Source of the DNA: Bdellovibrio sp.
Lineage (GTDB): Bacteria > Bdellovibrionota > Bdellovibrionia > Bdellovibrionales > Bdellovibrionaceae
DNA: 64,000 nucleotides
Reading direction: 5' to 3'
Assembly (NCBI GenBank): GCA_036677065.1
Contig: JAKFBS010000004.1
Location: 288,001-352,000 of the forward strand
The notes beneath the pieces are model-generated. The model made no database searches. It saw only the letters and a program-made list of their open reading frames with translations, and had not been told where the DNA came from. Made by a program: the position numbers and the translations under genes. Shown here in pieces: positions 9,290 to 19,370 of the stretch (the first letter of the stretch is position 1; every line of letters begins with the position of its first letter).

Positions 9290-11557
9290 ATGGCTAAAAT
9301 CGAAACATCACCAGAAATGGTCAAACAAGTTTACCAAACTACACGTGAAAAAACGGAAGTTATTCGTAAACGTTTAAACCGCTCATTAACTCTTGCTGAA
9401 AAAATTATTTACGGTCACTTAGATGATCCGCAAAATCAAGAAATCAACCGTGGCTCTTCGTTCTTGCTTTTAAGACCAGACCGCGTAGCGATGCAAGATG
9501 CGACAGCGCAAATGGCGATCTTACAATTTATGTTAGCTGACAAACCAGAAGCTGCGGTTCCTTCAACTGTTCACTGCGATCACTTAATCCAAGCCTACCA
9601 AGGTAAAGAAAAAGATATGGCTGCTTCGAACACAACTAATAAAGAAGTTTTTGATTTCTTAGCGACAGCTTCTTCAAAATACAATATCGGTTTCTGGAAA
9701 CCAGGTGCAGGTATTATTCACCAAGTAATTTTAGAAAATTACGCATTTCCGGGTGGATTAATGATCGGTACAGATTCTCATACACCAAATGCTGGTGGTT
9801 TAGGTATGTGTGCTGTGGGTGTCGGTGGATCTGATGCTTCAGATGTAATGGTTGGCCTTCCTTGGGAAGTTAAAAATCCAAAATTAATCGGTGTTCACTT
9901 AAAAGGTAAAATGAGCGGTTGGACTTCTGCAAAAGATGTGATCTTAAAACTTTGCGGAATGTTAACTGTAAAAGGTGGAACAGATAAAATCGTAGAATAC
10001 TTCGGCGAAGGCGCAGACAACATTTCTTGTACTGGTAAAGCGACGATCACAAACATGGGTGCTGAATTAGGGGCGACATGTTCTGTATTTCCATACGATG
10101 CAAAAATGTCTGGTTATTTAAAAGCTACTGGTCGCGCTGATTTAGCAGCGATTGCGGATAGCAACAAAGATATTTTACGTGCTGATGATGATGTTATCGA
10201 AAATCCTAAAAAATACTTCGACGAAGTTTACGAAATCGATTTATCAGTCTTAGAACCACACTTAGTTGGCCCTCATACTCCAGATTTAGCCCGTCCGATT
10301 TCTAAAATCGCTGAAGAAGCTAAAGCTAACGGTTGGACTTTGAAATTATCATCTGCACTTATCGGTTCTTGCACGAACTCTTCTTACGAAGATATCGGTA
10401 GATCTGCGAACCTAGCTGAACAGGCCATGAAAATCGGCGTTAAAATGGCTCAGCCATTTTTAGTTTCTCCGGGCTCGGCGCAAGTTTACAACACAGTTTC
10501 TCGTGATGGCCAAATGGCAACGTTTGAAGCTGTAGGTGCAACAGTGTTAGCCAATGCCTGCGGACCTTGTATCGGTCAGTGGAAACGTGATGACATTAAA
10601 CACGGCGAGAAAAATACAATTGTAACTTCATTCAATCGTAACTTTCGCGGCCGTAATGATGCCAACATGGAAACTTTAGCTTTCATCGGTTCTCCTGAAT
10701 TAGTTATGGCTTTAGGTTTGGCGGGTCGTTTAGATTTTAATCCGTTAACTGAAGAATTAGTGGGACCAAAAGGTAAAATTAAATTAACTCCACCAGAAGC
10801 TCCAGAGCTTCCTGAAAATGGTTTTGTTCCTGATTTAGTCGGTTACCAAAAACCAGAAGGTGCAACTGCAAAAGTAGCTATTGCTCCGGATTCTCCTCGT
10901 TTACAATTCTTACAACCATTCACAAAATGGGATGGCAAAGATTTCGAAGGCCATTTATTATTAGCAAAAGCTAAAGGAAAATGTACAACAGATCATATCA
11001 GCCCGGGTGGTAAATGGTTAAACTTCCGTGGTCACTTAGATAAAATCTCTGACAACATGTTGTTAGGAGCTGACAACGCATTTTTACCAGGTGTTATCGG
11101 AAAAGGTAATAATCTGTTAGACGGTTCACAAAAAGAATTCGCAGCGGTAGCTCGTGATTACCAAGCTAAAGGTAAATCTTGGATGATCATCGGTGATGAA
11201 AATTACGGTGAAGGTTCTTCTCGTGAGCACGCAGCAATGAGCCCAAGATACTTAGGCTGTACTGCGGTTATCACTAAATCTTTTGCCCGTATCCACGAAA
11301 CAAATCTTAAAAAACAAGGTGTGTTAGCGGCGATGTTCGTTAATCCTGCTGATTACGAAAAAATTCAGGAAAAAGATACTTTATCAATCCGCGGCTTAAA
11401 TGATTTAGCTCCAGGAAAAAACTTATTCCTAGAATTAAAACACGCTGACGGGTCGACTGAGAAAATCGAAATCAAGCACACATACAACGCAGAGCAAATT
11501 AAATGGTTTAAAGCAGGTTCTGCCTTGAATCTAATCCGTTCTGGCGGCAAAGTTTAA
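9290..11557 (+). CDS. acnA: Aconitate hydratase (mitochondrial-type)
   Basis: [68 protein letters not shown]. Confidence 0.96.
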   Translation: MAKIETSPEMVKQVYQTTREKTEVIRKRLNRSLTLAEKIIYGHLDDPQNQEINRGSSFLLLRPDRVAMQDATAQMAILQFMLADKPEAAVPSTVHCDHLIQAYQGKEKDMAASNTTNKEVFDFLATASSKYNIGFWKPGAGIIHQVILENYAFPGGLMIGTDSHTPNAGGLGMCAVGVGGSDASDVMVGLPWEVKNPKLIGVHLKGKMSGWTSAKDVILKLCGMLTVKGGTDKIVEYFGEGADNISCTGKATITNMGAELGATCSVFPYDAKMSGYLKATGRADLAAIADSNKDILRADDDVIENPKKYFDEVYEIDLSVLEPHLVGPHTPDLARPISKIAEEAKANGWTLKLSSALIGSCTNSSYEDIGRSANLAEQAMKIGVKMAQPFLVSPGSAQVYNTVSRDGQMATFEAVGATVLANACGPCIGQWKRDDIKHGEKNTIVTSFNRNFRGRNDANMETLAFIGSPELVMALGLAGRLDFNPLTEELVGPKGKIKLTPPEAPELPENGFVPDLVGYQKPEGATAKVAIAPDSPRLQFLQPFTKWDGKDFEGHLLLAKAKGKCTTDHISPGGKWLNFRGHLDKISDNMLLGADNAFLPGVIGKGNNLLDGSQKEFAAVARDYQAKGKSWMIIGDENYGEGSSREHAAMSPRYLGCTAVITKSFARIHETNLKKQGVLAAMFVNPADYEKIQEKDTLSIRGLNDLAPGKNLFLELKHADGSTEKIEIKHTYNAEQIKWFKAGSALNLIRSGGKV

Positions 11558-11582
11558 TAACTGATTGTTAATTCAATTCTCG

Positions 11583-11615
11583 AAAGGGCTCTCAAGCGTT
11601 GAGGGCCCTTTTTTT
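11583..11615 (+). terminator. Intrinsic terminator of aconitase
   Basis: AAAGGGCTCTCAA-GCG-TTGAGGGCCC followed by T7. Confidence 0.88.
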
Positions 11616-11629
11616 ATTTATAGGGATCT

Positions 11630-12565
11630 ATGGCCAAATTAAATTCCCAGCTTATTCAGCGTTTTCATGAGATTGTTAAAAAATCTTCTGAAGTGATTTT
11701 GGATAAAGAAAACCAAATTATTAATACCGTTGTGTGCATGATCGCGCGCGGGCATCTGCTCATCGAAGATGAACCTGGTGTTGGTAAGACAACTTTAGCA
11801 CAGACGATCGCAAAGCTTACGGGGTTACAGCAAAGCCGCATTCAATTCACCAATGATTTGTTACCGGCTGATATCATCGGTCATATGGTCTTTAATAATG
11901 AAAAGCATGAGTTCTATTTTAAAGAAGGCCCACTATTTTCAGAGTTAGTTCTGGCTGATGAATTAAACCGTGCTAACCCGAAAACCCAAAGTGCTTTGCT
12001 GCAGGCTATGGAAGAAAGTTCGGTCACTGTAGATCGCAAGACCTATGATTTATCTGAAAATTTCTTTCTCATAGCGACGCAAAATCCAAAAATGCAAATT
12101 GGAACCTACGCTTTACCTGAAAGTCAGGTTGACCGTTTTTTAATGTCGATTCATTTGGATTATATTTCGAAAAATTCAGAAGTGAAACTTATCTTGGGCG
12201 ATAACCCTCGCAAACTGATTGAAGGGCTGCAGCCGATCATCAGTAAAGATGATTTATTACAAGCTCACAAAGAATCGCAAAAAGTTCACATGGATACAAA
12301 ACTTGCCGAATTTATTGCTGATTTGTTACAGGTGAGCCGCACGCGACAGGATCAGTTTCAGTCTTTATCAACTAGAGCAGGGCTTGCGTTAGTGCAAACC
12401 AGTAAAGCGCGGGCTTTTTTGAATGGCCATGATTTTGTGGCTCCAGATGATTTATTATTGTCACTTAAACCCGTATTAGCGCATCGTTTGGCGGATCAAC
12501 AAGGTTTACCTTTCGGAGAACAAAAAGTTGAAGAGCTTTTACAACTGGTTCAAATTCCTCAGTAA
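11630..12565 (+). CDS. moxR: MoxR-family AAA+ ATPase
   Basis: HLLIEDEPGVGKT, RIQFTNDLLPADI, LADELNRA, QSALLQAMEE, IATQNP, LPESQVDRF. Confidence 0.93.
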   Translation: MAKLNSQLIQRFHEIVKKSSEVILDKENQIINTVVCMIARGHLLIEDEPGVGKTTLAQTIAKLTGLQQSRIQFTNDLLPADIIGHMVFNNEKHEFYFKEGPLFSELVLADELNRANPKTQSALLQAMEESSVTVDRKTYDLSENFFLIATQNPKMQIGTYALPESQVDRFLMSIHLDYISKNSEVKLILGDNPRKLIEGLQPIISKDDLLQAHKESQKVHMDTKLAEFIADLLQVSRTRQDQFQSLSTRAGLALVQTSKARAFLNGHDFVAPDDLLLSLKPVLAHRLADQQGLPFGEQKVEELLQLVQIPQ

Positions 12566-13451
12566 AATTCCGGTCAGGGTAAATACACCCAGACCGTATA
12601 TTGTCCCGACGGGATTAGGGTTTAGCTATGGCGTTTTAGTTTTTGTTATTGTTATTGTCAGTGTGAATAACAGAAATAATTTGATTTTTCTTTTTGCCTT
12701 TTTTTTATTTTCTGTGGGGCTTGTCACGATGTTGATGAGCCATAAAAATTTTGAAAAAATTAAAATGAGTTTTTTGCATGCCTCGTTACTTTTTAAGAAT
12801 GAAGCAGGTGTATTGACTTATAATATTGAAAATCCACGGGCTAAAGATAGTTTTGTGATTTCTGTCGGTGATAAGACCGTAGATTCAATTCACGCCCATG
12901 AAAAACGGGATGTACAAATCAGTTATTTGCCAGATCACTATGGGGTTTACCAACTGCCGGTGCAAAAACTTGAAAGTCGCTTTCCATTGCAGTTTTTGCG
13001 CGTCTGGAGGTATATCCAGCCCGAAGTGCGCATTACGGTTTTTCCAGAAAAGATTAATTATTTTGGTTTAAGTGCGCTCATTTCAGAAATTGAAACAGGC
13101 GTGCAAAAAAAACAGCTTCAAGACAGCTTAGAAAAAGAAATATCACATTTTGACCGCTTTCAAGTAACAGACCCACCTCAGCATATCAATTGGAAGATTT
13201 TGGCAAAAACGAACGATTTGTACGTTAATAAGTATGAATCTCTTGCCAGCGAACAACAGCAAGTGGTTCTTCGTTGGAAAGACACTGAACCCTTAGTTGA
13301 TATTGAAAAGCGTAAGTCGCAATTCGCTTACTGGATTGACGAAGTTTATAAATTAAAAAAATCATTTGTAGTTGAATTTGAAGAACAAAAGGTAGAAGTA
13401 GCTCAGAATGATTATAAACACTTGCTGAAAGCCTTAAGGCTATTGTTATGA
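12528..13451 (+). CDS. DUF58-type membrane protein (MoxR-associated)
   Basis: N-terminal TM pair (YIVPTGLG...NNRNNL), SRFPLQF, FQVTDPPQHINWK; typical position between moxR and the transglutaminase gene. Start uncertain. Confidence 0.78.
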   Translation: MKSFYNWFKFLSKIPVRVNTPRPYIVPTGLGFSYGVLVFVIVIVSVNNRNNLIFLFAFFLFSVGLVTMLMSHKNFEKIKMSFLHASLLFKNEAGVLTYNIENPRAKDSFVISVGDKTVDSIHAHEKRDVQISYLPDHYGVYQLPVQKLESRFPLQFLRVWRYIQPEVRITVFPEKINYFGLSALISEIETGVQKKQLQDSLEKEISHFDRFQVTDPPQHINWKILAKTNDLYVNKYESLASEQQQVVLRWKDTEPLVDIEKRKSQFAYWIDEVYKLKKSFVVEFEEQKVEVAQNDYKHLLKALRLLL

Positions 13452-15412
13452 AAAAATATATCTTACCGATAGTTTTATTTTTTCAGATGGCGCTGCTTTT
13501 TACCGAAGTTCCGAACTGGGTTATTATTACAAGTGTGCTGTTTTTAATTTTAAGTACTTTGTCTTGGGGTAAAAATTTGCCGCGCATCAAAACCATCACA
13601 GGAGTTTTTTCTGTCGTTGTAGTTATGATAGCCGTTCGGAAGTTTAGTTTTATTTTATCGAATGAATTAATTGCCAGTCTTTTAATTATTCTGACGAGCA
13701 TTCGTTTAATCGAGCATCGTTTTGACCAGGCTGAGCCGCCGTACTTTTTATTTTTGCTGGGGCTTTTTTTAGCGGTTGTTAAGTTTGTCTTTCAAATCGA
13801 TTTTATTTTCGGTGTGTATGCATTTTTAGCGACAGTGTTTTACCTGTATCAGTTTTTTCCTGAAAGTTTTCAAAAAAATTACCCTAAAGAAAGCTTTAAA
13901 GTTTTAAGAACGATCATTCTTTACTCGCTTCCTATGACTATTTTGCTTTTTCTGATTTTTCCGCAGTTTAAGTTTGATGGGGGCAGGCAGCGTAATTACG
14001 GTTTGTTTTCGCAGATTGGGGCCAGCGGATTTTCGGGCGAACTTCGACCTGGATCAATATCAGAATTAGTGAATAATGAAAACATCGCTTTTCGCGCTGA
14101 ATTTACCGAATACGTACCATTGCAAGGCTCGCTTTACTGGCGAGGGCAGGTCTTAGATCGTTCGCAAGGGTTGTTGTGGAGACGTTCGAATCCGTTAAAT
14201 CAAACACCAGAAATTGCCGAAGATGATGTCACGGTTTTTCGACCCAAGTATAAAATCATCTTAGAACCACATTATAAAGAACAACTATTCACTCTCTATG
14301 AAACAGAATCTGTTACTTCGTCAGAAAAACTTTTACTATCTGATAAAAACAGCACCTACTCGCTGCCATCATCTTTGAGTGAGCGTTTGGTGTATAATGG
14401 GGAAATTCAATTCAATTTAAAGCAGAAGTTAAATCAAAGCCGGGAAGAGTATCTGCATTTAAATCGACGTTCGGCTAAAGTTGAAGCTCTGCTGAAAACT
14501 TTAATTCCGGTATCGCCAGAAGTGCAAAGTGCCGAACAAAAGGTAAAACTGTTAGCGAAGTTTTTTACCGAAAATAAATTTGAATACAGACTTTCTGGAC
14601 AAGAATTAGCCGTGAACTCGTTAGAAGATTTTTTGTTCAAAACTAAAGTAGGTTTCTGCGAACACTATGCTTCTGCCGCAGCCTTGCTTTTGCGCTATTG
14701 GGGTGTGCCTTCGCGGGTCGTGGTCGGATATCAAGGCGGAGAACTCAATAAAGCAGGAAACTTTTGGACAGTGAAACAACAAGATGCACATGCTTGGGTT
14801 GAATATCTGAATGAAAACAATATCTGGGTTTTGTTTGATCCTGTAATTGCAATTGCACCGGATCGCATCGCTGTCGGTGCCACTTTCTTGATGAATCCGA
14901 CAGGGCGCGGACAACTTTGGAAGCAGCTAAGCAATAGATTCGAAATCTTTGATCAAATTTCTACTTTTTTAGAAACATCGAACTATCGTTGGACACTTTT
15001 CTTCGTTGAGTATTCCAGCTCAAATTTTAAACGTGAAATCCTTAAATTTTACGAAGACAACGAAGATGTACAATTAGCAGCCCGGTTAATTTTTCTTCTG
15101 TTGTGTATTTTTGTTGTCTATCGCTTAACTAAAAAGATTATTTATCGTCGCCGCCCTTTGAATGAGCGCTATTATTTAGAATTACACCGCTTTTTTGCAA
15201 AACGATTGCCGCAAGAAAAGAATGAATCTTTTGAGAGCTGGAAGTCGCGGTTATTGGAAAAATATCCCGCTATGAGTGAGAGTATCGAAGAGATTTTTTC
15301 GCTTTATCTCAGAAATCGATACGGCGCCCAAGCCAGTGCGTCTGAGTTTAAAAAGTTTAAGGCGCTTTTGAGTAAGAATAGCTTTACCTTCGAAAAAAAT
15401 GAAAACGAATAG
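13448..15412 (+). CDS. Membrane-bound transglutaminase-like protein (DUF3488/TgpA type)
   Basis: Multi-TM N-terminus, SGFSGELRPG, LYWRG, GFCEHYASA, RVVVGYQGG, DAHAWVE, W..FDP (Cys-His-Asp triad). Confidence 0.9.
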   Translation: MKKYILPIVLFFQMALLFTEVPNWVIITSVLFLILSTLSWGKNLPRIKTITGVFSVVVVMIAVRKFSFILSNELIASLLIILTSIRLIEHRFDQAEPPYFLFLLGLFLAVVKFVFQIDFIFGVYAFLATVFYLYQFFPESFQKNYPKESFKVLRTIILYSLPMTILLFLIFPQFKFDGGRQRNYGLFSQIGASGFSGELRPGSISELVNNENIAFRAEFTEYVPLQGSLYWRGQVLDRSQGLLWRRSNPLNQTPEIAEDDVTVFRPKYKIILEPHYKEQLFTLYETESVTSSEKLLLSDKNSTYSLPSSLSERLVYNGEIQFNLKQKLNQSREEYLHLNRRSAKVEALLKTLIPVSPEVQSAEQKVKLLAKFFTENKFEYRLSGQELAVNSLEDFLFKTKVGFCEHYASAAALLLRYWGVPSRVVVGYQGGELNKAGNFWTVKQQDAHAWVEYLNENNIWVLFDPVIAIAPDRIAVGATFLMNPTGRGQLWKQLSNRFEIFDQISTFLETSNYRWTLFFVEYSSSNFKREILKFYEDNEDVQLAARLIFLLLCIFVVYRLTKKIIYRRRPLNERYYLELHRFFAKRLPQEKNESFESWKSRLLEKYPAMSESIEEIFSLYLRNRYGAQASASEFKKFKALLSKNSFTFEKNENE

Positions 15413-15507
15413 CTCCTAATTTTTAGAAAGCCAAACCACGATTTCTAAATTTCCGGAATCCGGAATGTCCAAATGTAATATACTTTAGTTAGATCTCTCG
15501 TCCACTA

Positions 15508-15521
15508 GGCTTTCTCTTTGC
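15508..15521 (+). promoter_or_regulatory. sigma54 -24/-12 promoter candidate
   Basis: aGGCTTTCTCTTTGCt (GG-N10-GC), upstream of SD GAGGAGG and the ATG at 15564. Confidence 0.55.
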
Positions 15522-15563
15522 TTTAGACTCCTTTCGAACTGTTTACATTCCTGAGGAGGAAAG

Positions 15564-17309
15564 ATGAAAAAACTACAACTGTTAGCGATATTACCTATGC
15601 TGGTTACATCGTTAAATGCCAACGCGGGTCTGATTCCGGGGCAAAAATTGGGTCCTAAGTTAACGTTAACTGAAGCGCAAATCCAGGCGATCAAAAACGA
15701 ACAACGTTCTAGAAAAGCGGATAGTGATGTAAAATCGTGGCTAATAGATGATACAGATTACGAACAATTAGAAATCCTATTGCAAGAGCGTATGCAAGAA
15801 GTTGATCGAATGACCTATTTTCGTCACAAAAATTCGCTTGATAACGCTTTGATTTTTTCGACATTAGCGATACAAGCTTGGAATCCAGAATTAAAACATG
15901 TCGACGTTAAAACACAGGTCATAAAAAACATTGTTAACTTTGGTTTCGTACAGGGTTTTGTGCTACCGACTCTTTCGATGATCGATATGTCTTATGCAAC
16001 AGGCCGTCCTGGGTTTGGTATATTGTTAAATTCTATGTTAGCAGAAATTACCCCAGCACTAGCCCAGTCGCTGCAAGCACAATACGGCGTGCCGGTGCAC
16101 GTGAAGGGACGCTCCTTTCTAAAGTCTTCGCACCTGGGAAGAAATGGAATGTGGATAGCTTTGATGCAGGAATTAGGTTCAGAATTCTTTCCGTCACATC
16201 AGATCGAAACTAATAAAAATGAAACATTGGGTGAATGGTTAGCAGCAGAAATAGATCCAATGAAATCAGCTGACAAGTCGATGGATCATTTTATGAATAA
16301 AGCCATTAAGTCAGAAAAAACATTCATTGGTCAATTCGTAAGTCAGAATTCTAATATTCAAAATATTAAATCTGACAAGACGGCTAAGAATTTAAAAGGA
16401 ATTTTTTCAAATGCCTCAGCCAGTGAAGCCAAAACTTGCTTTAGACAATGTCTAAATGAAATCAGAGATAATATTGTTCTTGATACGAGTGCAGGAACGG
16501 CGACGGGAGCTGCTTTAGGTGGCGCCATCGGGGCGATTGGTGGTCCATTTGCCGGTGCGACAGCAGTCGGCGGTGCTGCGTTGGGAACAGCAGTTGGAGC
16601 GGGATTAAGTGTCGCGGCTAGTTTAAAAGAGTGTCATGCAACAACGTCCTGCTCGGGCGAAACCAAAGAAACCGAAGAAAAGAAAAAAACAAAGGAAAGT
16701 GAAATCAAACAAAAAGAAGAACAGCAAAAGCAAGCTGAAGAGGTCAATAGAAAGAGCGAGGAATTAAAGAAACAACAAGCTGAAATTAAACATCAGCAAG
16801 ACGAGCTTAAAAAGCAACAGGATGAACTGAAAAAGCAGCAAGAACAATTAAAGAAACAACAAGAAGAATTAAAAAAGCAACAAGCTGAAGTTAAAAAGTT
16901 GGAGGATCTAAAAAAACAAGAAGCTGAATTGAAAAAGAAACAAGATGAGCTAAATAAAAAAGAAGCCGAATTAAAAAAACAAGAAGAGGAAAACAAGAAA
17001 AAACAAGAAGAGGACGAAAAGAAAAAGAAAGAAGAGGAAGGCAAAAAGAAAGCTGTTGAAGTTCCAACTGGACCCAAAGGTAAAGCGATTTATCAAGAAG
17101 AAGAGAAAAGTGGCTTAACGTTCGAAGATATTCAGAGAATGAAAAAAGAAAGTTCGGGTACACCAATGGCGCCGCAAGACTACAGTCCTAAAAAGGTGTT
17201 TACTGCTGGCGATAAAACCTTAATCATTAAGGTGATAAGTAAAGAAGTTACGGCGAAACAACTTCCGGTGAATTCGATTTATCCAACTTCGCCAAACGCT
17301 GGAGATTAA
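15564..17309 (+). CDS. Secreted protein with glycine zipper and charged coiled coil
   Basis: Signal peptide ending NANA, strong SD, Gly/Ala zipper (16491-16625) flanked by Cys pairs, ELKKQQx heptads. Confidence 0.8.
   Translation: MKKLQLLAILPMLVTSLNANAGLIPGQKLGPKLTLTEAQIQAIKNEQRSRKADSDVKSWLIDDTDYEQLEILLQERMQEVDRMTYFRHKNSLDNALIFSTLAIQAWNPELKHVDVKTQVIKNIVNFGFVQGFVLPTLSMIDMSYATGRPGFGILLNSMLAEITPALAQSLQAQYGVPVHVKGRSFLKSSHLGRNGMWIALMQELGSEFFPSHQIETNKNETLGEWLAAEIDPMKSADKSMDHFMNKAIKSEKTFIGQFVSQNSNIQNIKSDKTAKNLKGIFSNASASEAKTCFRQCLNEIRDNIVLDTSAGTATGAALGGAIGAIGGPFAGATAVGGAALGTAVGAGLSVAASLKECHATTSCSGETKETEEKKKTKESEIKQKEEQQKQAEEVNRKSEELKKQQAEIKHQQDELKKQQDELKKQQEQLKKQQEELKKQQAEVKKLEDLKKQEAELKKKQDELNKKEAELKKQEEENKKKQEEDEKKKKEEEGKKKAVEVPTGPKGKAIYQEEEKSGLTFEDIQRMKKESSGTPMAPQDYSPKKVFTAGDKTLIIKVISKEVTAKQLPVNSIYPTSPNAGD
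16761..16886 (+). repeat. Six degenerate 21-bp tandem repeats encoding ELKKQQ(A/D/E) heptads
   Basis: Units start at 16761, 16782, 16803, 16824, 16845 and 16866; looser copies continue to about 16985. Confidence 0.85.
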
Positions 17310-17310
17310 G

Positions 17311-17595
17311 ATGGAAACAAGTATTAAAAATAAATGGGTTAGCTTAAAAGAGTACTTTACCTTTAAATTGCCGTATTGGGCGATATCGATTTTGTTAGTT
17401 TCATTTTATATTTGCGAAGCAGAGAATATGAAAGCTTTCGTGTTCAGTTTTCTGATCTTACTTTGGCACTTTCAAGAAAAGCAGATGAGTTTGTTACCAA
17501 ATTGGTTAGTGATCACGAACCGAGTGGTTTTCGGAATATTAACGACAGTATTTTTACTAGCAAAGCCTATCGAGGTTATTTTCGCTAAACCCTAA
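17311..17595 (+). CDS. Small integral membrane protein (about 3 TM)
   Basis: Starts 1 bp after the upstream stop, with SD GGAG; three hydrophobic segments. Confidence 0.65.
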   Translation: METSIKNKWVSLKEYFTFKLPYWAISILLVSFYICEAENMKAFVFSFLILLWHFQEKQMSLLPNWLVITNRVVFGILTTVFLLAKPIEVIFAKP

Positions 17596-18364
17596 TCTGC
17601 TCGATCACCCAGTCAGGAAATTGAAAACTAATATCGTGGCCTGCATCTGGGTGAATCACATGTTTGCAGTGCCATTTGTTTTCGATGTCTTTCGAACAAT
17701 CGGCGCTGACAAAGCGATCTTTACCACCACTCATCAAGACAACATCTGTGGGTGGTGTTTGTGGAAACGCATAAGTAGATGCTGCAACTAACTGACGAAT
17801 AATGTTTTTTGGATGGGCAGAGTTAGTTTTACTAAAGCTTAGCATCGAATCAAAAGCGTGTTTGTAATCAGATAAAATTTGATCTTTTGTAAGCGTGGTA
17901 GTTACTTCTAACGACGCCACTTCTTTGTCTTCTGGTGCGTGCATAAAGCGCATACGTACACCTAATCTCATAGCATCAATACTTAAACGTTTAAATACAT
18001 TCGAAAAATTCGCTGCACTGGTATTTGAAATAAAAATCTTTTTGAAAAAATTAGGGCGTTGCTCGGCCCATTCAACCATAGCCATTGATCCTAGTGAAAG
18101 TGAATAGCCGTAAGTCGGTAGAGTGGAATTAAAGTTTTGCTTTTTTAATTGCTCGTCGAATGATTCAATAAACTCAGACACTTTTAAAGGGGTCGCCACT
18201 TTATTCATGTAACCATTACCAGGAACATCGACGTAATAAATTTTATCGTGAGGAAAGGCCGTTTGCAGTTTTTCTGGAAACTGGCCCCAATGACCTGCGC
18301 CGCGAGCTAAGCCGCGAATTAAGATCCAGTTTTTTACTTGAGGGTTTTGTGCTGTGGGTGCCAT
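17585..18364 (-). CDS. Alpha/beta hydrolase
   Basis: WILIRGLARGAGHW, DVPGNG, SLSLG nucleophile elbow, D-R-F-V, AGHD. Confidence 0.88.
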   Translation of the reverse strand: MAPTAQNPQVKNWILIRGLARGAGHWGQFPEKLQTAFPHDKIYYVDVPGNGYMNKVATPLKVSEFIESFDEQLKKQNFNSTLPTYGYSLSLGSMAMVEWAEQRPNFFKKIFISNTSAANFSNVFKRLSIDAMRLGVRMRFMHAPEDKEVASLEVTTTLTKDQILSDYKHAFDSMLSFSKTNSAHPKNIIRQLVAASTYAFPQTPPTDVVLMSGGKDRFVSADCSKDIENKWHCKHVIHPDAGHDISFQFPDWVIEQIRV

Positions 18365-18370
18365 GCCTGT

Positions 18371-18399
18371 ATTTTAAATTGTTCTGTTTGGCTGTACAA
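18371..18399 (-). promoter_or_regulatory. sigma70-type promoter placed for a leaderless transcript
   Basis: TTGTAC-N17-TAAAAT-N6-ATG(18364); no SD. Confidence 0.55.
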
Positions 18400-18421
18400 C
18401 AAAAAGCGGTGCAACGACGGT

Positions 18422-19267
18422 TTATTTAGGGTTAACGGAGTAGGTACGGGATTCTGACCTTTTTTTAGTTTCCTGATCGATCAACGGTTTCGAATAATCA
18501 GAAGTAGGAAAAATCATCACGTCGCTATTTAGAGCATTTTTAAAGCTTATAAGTTGATACCAATTCGGGGAATATTTTATAAGATCAATGCCTGAATCTT
18601 CAAATATAAGAAGTTCCATTTTTGCATACTCGCAGCTTTTAAAAACTTCAGGATATTTACTTCGGACTTCATTTTCTATTTTATCTGACCACAAAACTTT
18701 ACCATAAAGGTCTAATACACGAGATACCGGAGCAAGTGTAAACGATAATTGAATATTTCCAAACTCAGAAGAGCACGTAGGGCAACTTGAAACATACATA
18801 ACCGCACTACTAAATCTATTGCGTTTAGCGCTAAAATATTGACCATTCATTTTGATATGAGAAGGATCTTTCACGTAAGACATAATACTACGGTAGCCAG
18901 CTTCACTATCCACTTGGTCCCGATTTGATTCTTCAGATTTAAAATCGGTCGCTAAACTTTGAACGTCAGTGTAATGGTAAAATGTATAATAACCTGCGGA
19001 CGTGCCTGTTATTAATGTTCTGACTGTCTCAAGGTTAGTATCAAAGCGATTAAAATCAGAAAGCGGAACTGATTGCTGAATCAAGGATTCACTTCTTAAA
19101 ATACCGCCTTGCTTATAGAACTTTTCAACGGAATTGTAACACTGATCTCCTAAGTAGCGGGCTAATTCAGTTTTTTTTACATCTTGCTGAATGAACTCAC
19201 GTACAAGCTGTTGCGCAGAGGCTGTACCAGTTAATAGTAATGTTAGTATCAGAGTTAAAAAGCGCAT
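18422..19267 (-). CDS. Secreted hypothetical protein, possible ADP-ribosyltransferase fold
   Basis: Signal peptide ending TASA; TFYHYT and MYVSSCPTCSSEFG motifs. The CDS is likely real; the function is tentative. Confidence 0.5.
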   Translation of the reverse strand: MRFLTLILTLLLTGTASAQQLVREFIQQDVKKTELARYLGDQCYNSVEKFYKQGGILRSESLIQQSVPLSDFNRFDTNLETVRTLITGTSAGYYTFYHYTDVQSLATDFKSEESNRDQVDSEAGYRSIMSYVKDPSHIKMNGQYFSAKRNRFSSAVMYVSSCPTCSSEFGNIQLSFTLAPVSRVLDLYGKVLWSDKIENEVRSKYPEVFKSCEYAKMELLIFEDSGIDLIKYSPNWYQLISFKNALNSDVMIFPTSDYSKPLIDQETKKRSESRTYSVNPK

Positions 19268-19280
19268 AGGCTCTATCAGA

Positions 19281-19294
19281 GCAAAGTTGATGCC
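19281..19294 (-). promoter_or_regulatory. sigma54 -24/-12 promoter candidate
   Basis: Minus strand aGGCATCAACTTTGCt (GG-N10-GC), 13 bp before the ATG at 19267. Confidence 0.6.
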
Positions 19295-19370
19295 TTGTGA
19301 GGTTTAACAGGTTGAATTTGCCTGTATACGAAATTGACAGCTAGCTATTTTTTGGTAGGTTTTCAGTTTT

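Noticed and set aside
11630..15412. MoxR-DUF58-transglutaminase operon as a novel system
   Set aside because: Well-known, widespread gene arrangement.
16761..16985. 21-bp repeats as a CRISPR array or non-coding VNTR
   Set aside because: No spacers; variation is mostly at synonymous positions within an open frame, so this is a coding heptad repeat.
16793..17166. Phe/Ser/Cys-rich minus-strand ORFs
   Set aside because: Reverse complement of the Lys/Glu/Gln-rich coiled coil.
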